A program made the position numbers and the translations under genes. The notes under the pieces were generated by a model. The model did not search any database. It saw only the letters and a list, made by a program, of their open reading frames with translations, and was not told the origin of the DNA. Shown piece by piece: positions 62,315 through 64,000 of a stretch of DNA of 64,000 bases (within the stretch, counting starts at the first letter, position 1; the number at the start of each line of letters is the position of its first letter). Location: the NCBI RefSeq assembly GCF_902459465.1, contig NC_047066.1:18414001-18478000 (forward strand), written 5' to 3'. Source of the DNA: Asterias rubens (lineage: Eukaryota).

Positions 62315-63278
62315 GTCTTTTGTTCTTATTATGGTAGTCGTTGTTTACTATAAGTTTCTACTTTTCTTGTTCAACTTTTTTTAACATTACCTTTTAACTG
62401 TCACTACAGTGTGCTGAGATAATTGTATGTGATGCACTTTAAACAATAAATGATTAGATTAGATTAGATTAAAGTCATATCGTGTCTTCATCATCTCTTG
62501 AAGACCATCACATTATGGTGATTGAAACGTCGAGGTCAGTAACCTTGTTAATGCGCTGGCGTGTGTGTTTTCAGTCAGATGCCTGAGTGCCCGGTGTGTG
62601 CTTTCAGAAGCCTTTCTCAGATTCAAATTATGTTGGTGGAAAACTTCATCCTTCTCTAAAACTTCACAAAGTAGTAAGAATTACTTTTCTTTGAGTGAGA
62701 AATTCCTCTTTCTTTTATATGTGACTTCAAAGAGAGCCGTTTCTCAGAATGTTTTATACTATCAACCGCTCTCCAGTGCTTATTACAAACTAAGTTGTTA
62801 TGCTAACAATTATTTTGAGTAATTACAAATAGTGCAGTGCCCTTAAATTATGCTTTATAATTACTATGGTGATTTGTATAGTGACACGACACAGTGCTTA
62901 CAGGATTTGGGTACTTTTTTTAAATGTCCACAGATTTACATTAAACTTACATGGTTTGAAGATAATGATAGTGGAAAGCTTCCCTTCAAATATTACTAAC
63001 TGAGATTGTGTAGTTTTTGAGAAATGAGTAAAACAAGTCACAAAATTGTTTTAGCATGTAAAATCCCCTTAAACAGTTATGACATTATACCAAAACCATA
63101 GCATAACTGGTTAATACGTTTTTACATGCTAAAACTGAGACGAAAATTATTACTTTTACTCATTTCTCAAAAACTACAGCACCTCAGTAAGTAAAATTTC
63201 AAGGGACGCTTTCTACTATCGTAATCTTCAAACTGTGTAAGTTTAATGTAAATCTCTGGACATTGTGTTTTTTGTTAG

Positions 63279-63432
63279 GAAGACGATCAGAGCATACTGA
63301 TCGAAACGTCGAGTTAATCCAACGGTTCTTTTCAGAACCACCCAACTCATTTAGAGAGGGTCATAACATGGTGTTACCGCAAACTCTTCTATATCTTATT
63401 TCCACCATGCAAAGTTTCAAATCCTACTTGTT
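63279..63432 (+). mobile_element. Penelope-like terminal-repeat remnant with 5-prime-clipped hammerhead-like motif
   Basis: gaaga-c-gatcag-agcata-ctgatc-gaaa-c-gtc-gag; the tail catgcaaagtttcaaatcctacttg also occurs at about 57085-57110. Confidence 0.55.
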
Positions 63433-64000
63433 AGGAAAAAGTACATAAACCCTTAATGCAGTTAAGATTTGATTTAAATCAGCTCTATGAAAATCAAGCC
63501 AGAACTCCGATTCCCCCTGACATTTTGCGTGTTGGATATTGCTTGTTTCATACAGCTGGAAAACACATTCAATTTCCACACTCACATTATACAATAAAAA
63601 GTCAATCATCCGTGTGTTTAAAACACATTAATGCCGTCTGCATCAGACAACTGATGAACATGAAAGTGGCCGATAAGGTACCTATGGGTGGTTGACGTTT
63701 CCTCCACACAAAATGTTAACATGTTTTTCAGTATGGTTTCCAGATGGCCTATGAATGATCTCATATAGAAAATTTGTTCCGGCTGGCTGTAGGGGCTTAC
63801 TGGGGGAGTGGGACACACCCACTCTATATCCCTCCTCCTTCGCAAGACTGTCTGTGCATTGAGGTAGACCCATACACCGTAACTCCTTATAGGAGTCAAA
63901 GACGAGTGTTCTCACTTTCTCCATGATGTATCCTAACATATGCATGAAACAACAAATCTGTGAAAATTTGGATTCAATTGGTCATCGAAATTGCAAGAGA

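Overview
AT-rich animal genomic DNA with GT-AG introns and dense MITE/SINE content. The repeat families resemble those I associate with echinoderms (sea stars); this is inference and was not checked. The only well-supported protein-coding content is a recent head-to-tail duplication (about 10.3 kb period, minus strand) of a 7-exon secreted-protein gene (477 and 478 aa, about 96% identical). All splice sites and phases were traced by hand. Architecture: signal peptide, an unnamed ~72-aa four-Cys domain, then a fibrinogen-related domain (FReD) split at its G|D junction by a phase-1/phase-1 two-exon F5/8-type-C (discoidin) cassette. Differences between the paralogs cluster in the predicted discoidin ligand loops. 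A third, older copy survives only as a MITE-disrupted exon 2. A 3.5-kb foldback element sits between copies 2 and 3, exactly where paralog homology ends. The right half has no confident gene. It holds TTAA-flanked Kolobok/T2-like MITEs (over 20 in the whole window), other MITE families, SINE/LINE remnants, a 203-bp satellite and several degenerate hammerhead-ribozyme-like motifs, one set in a ~150-bp tandem array. Most ORF-track entries outside the gene are repeat-derived noise.
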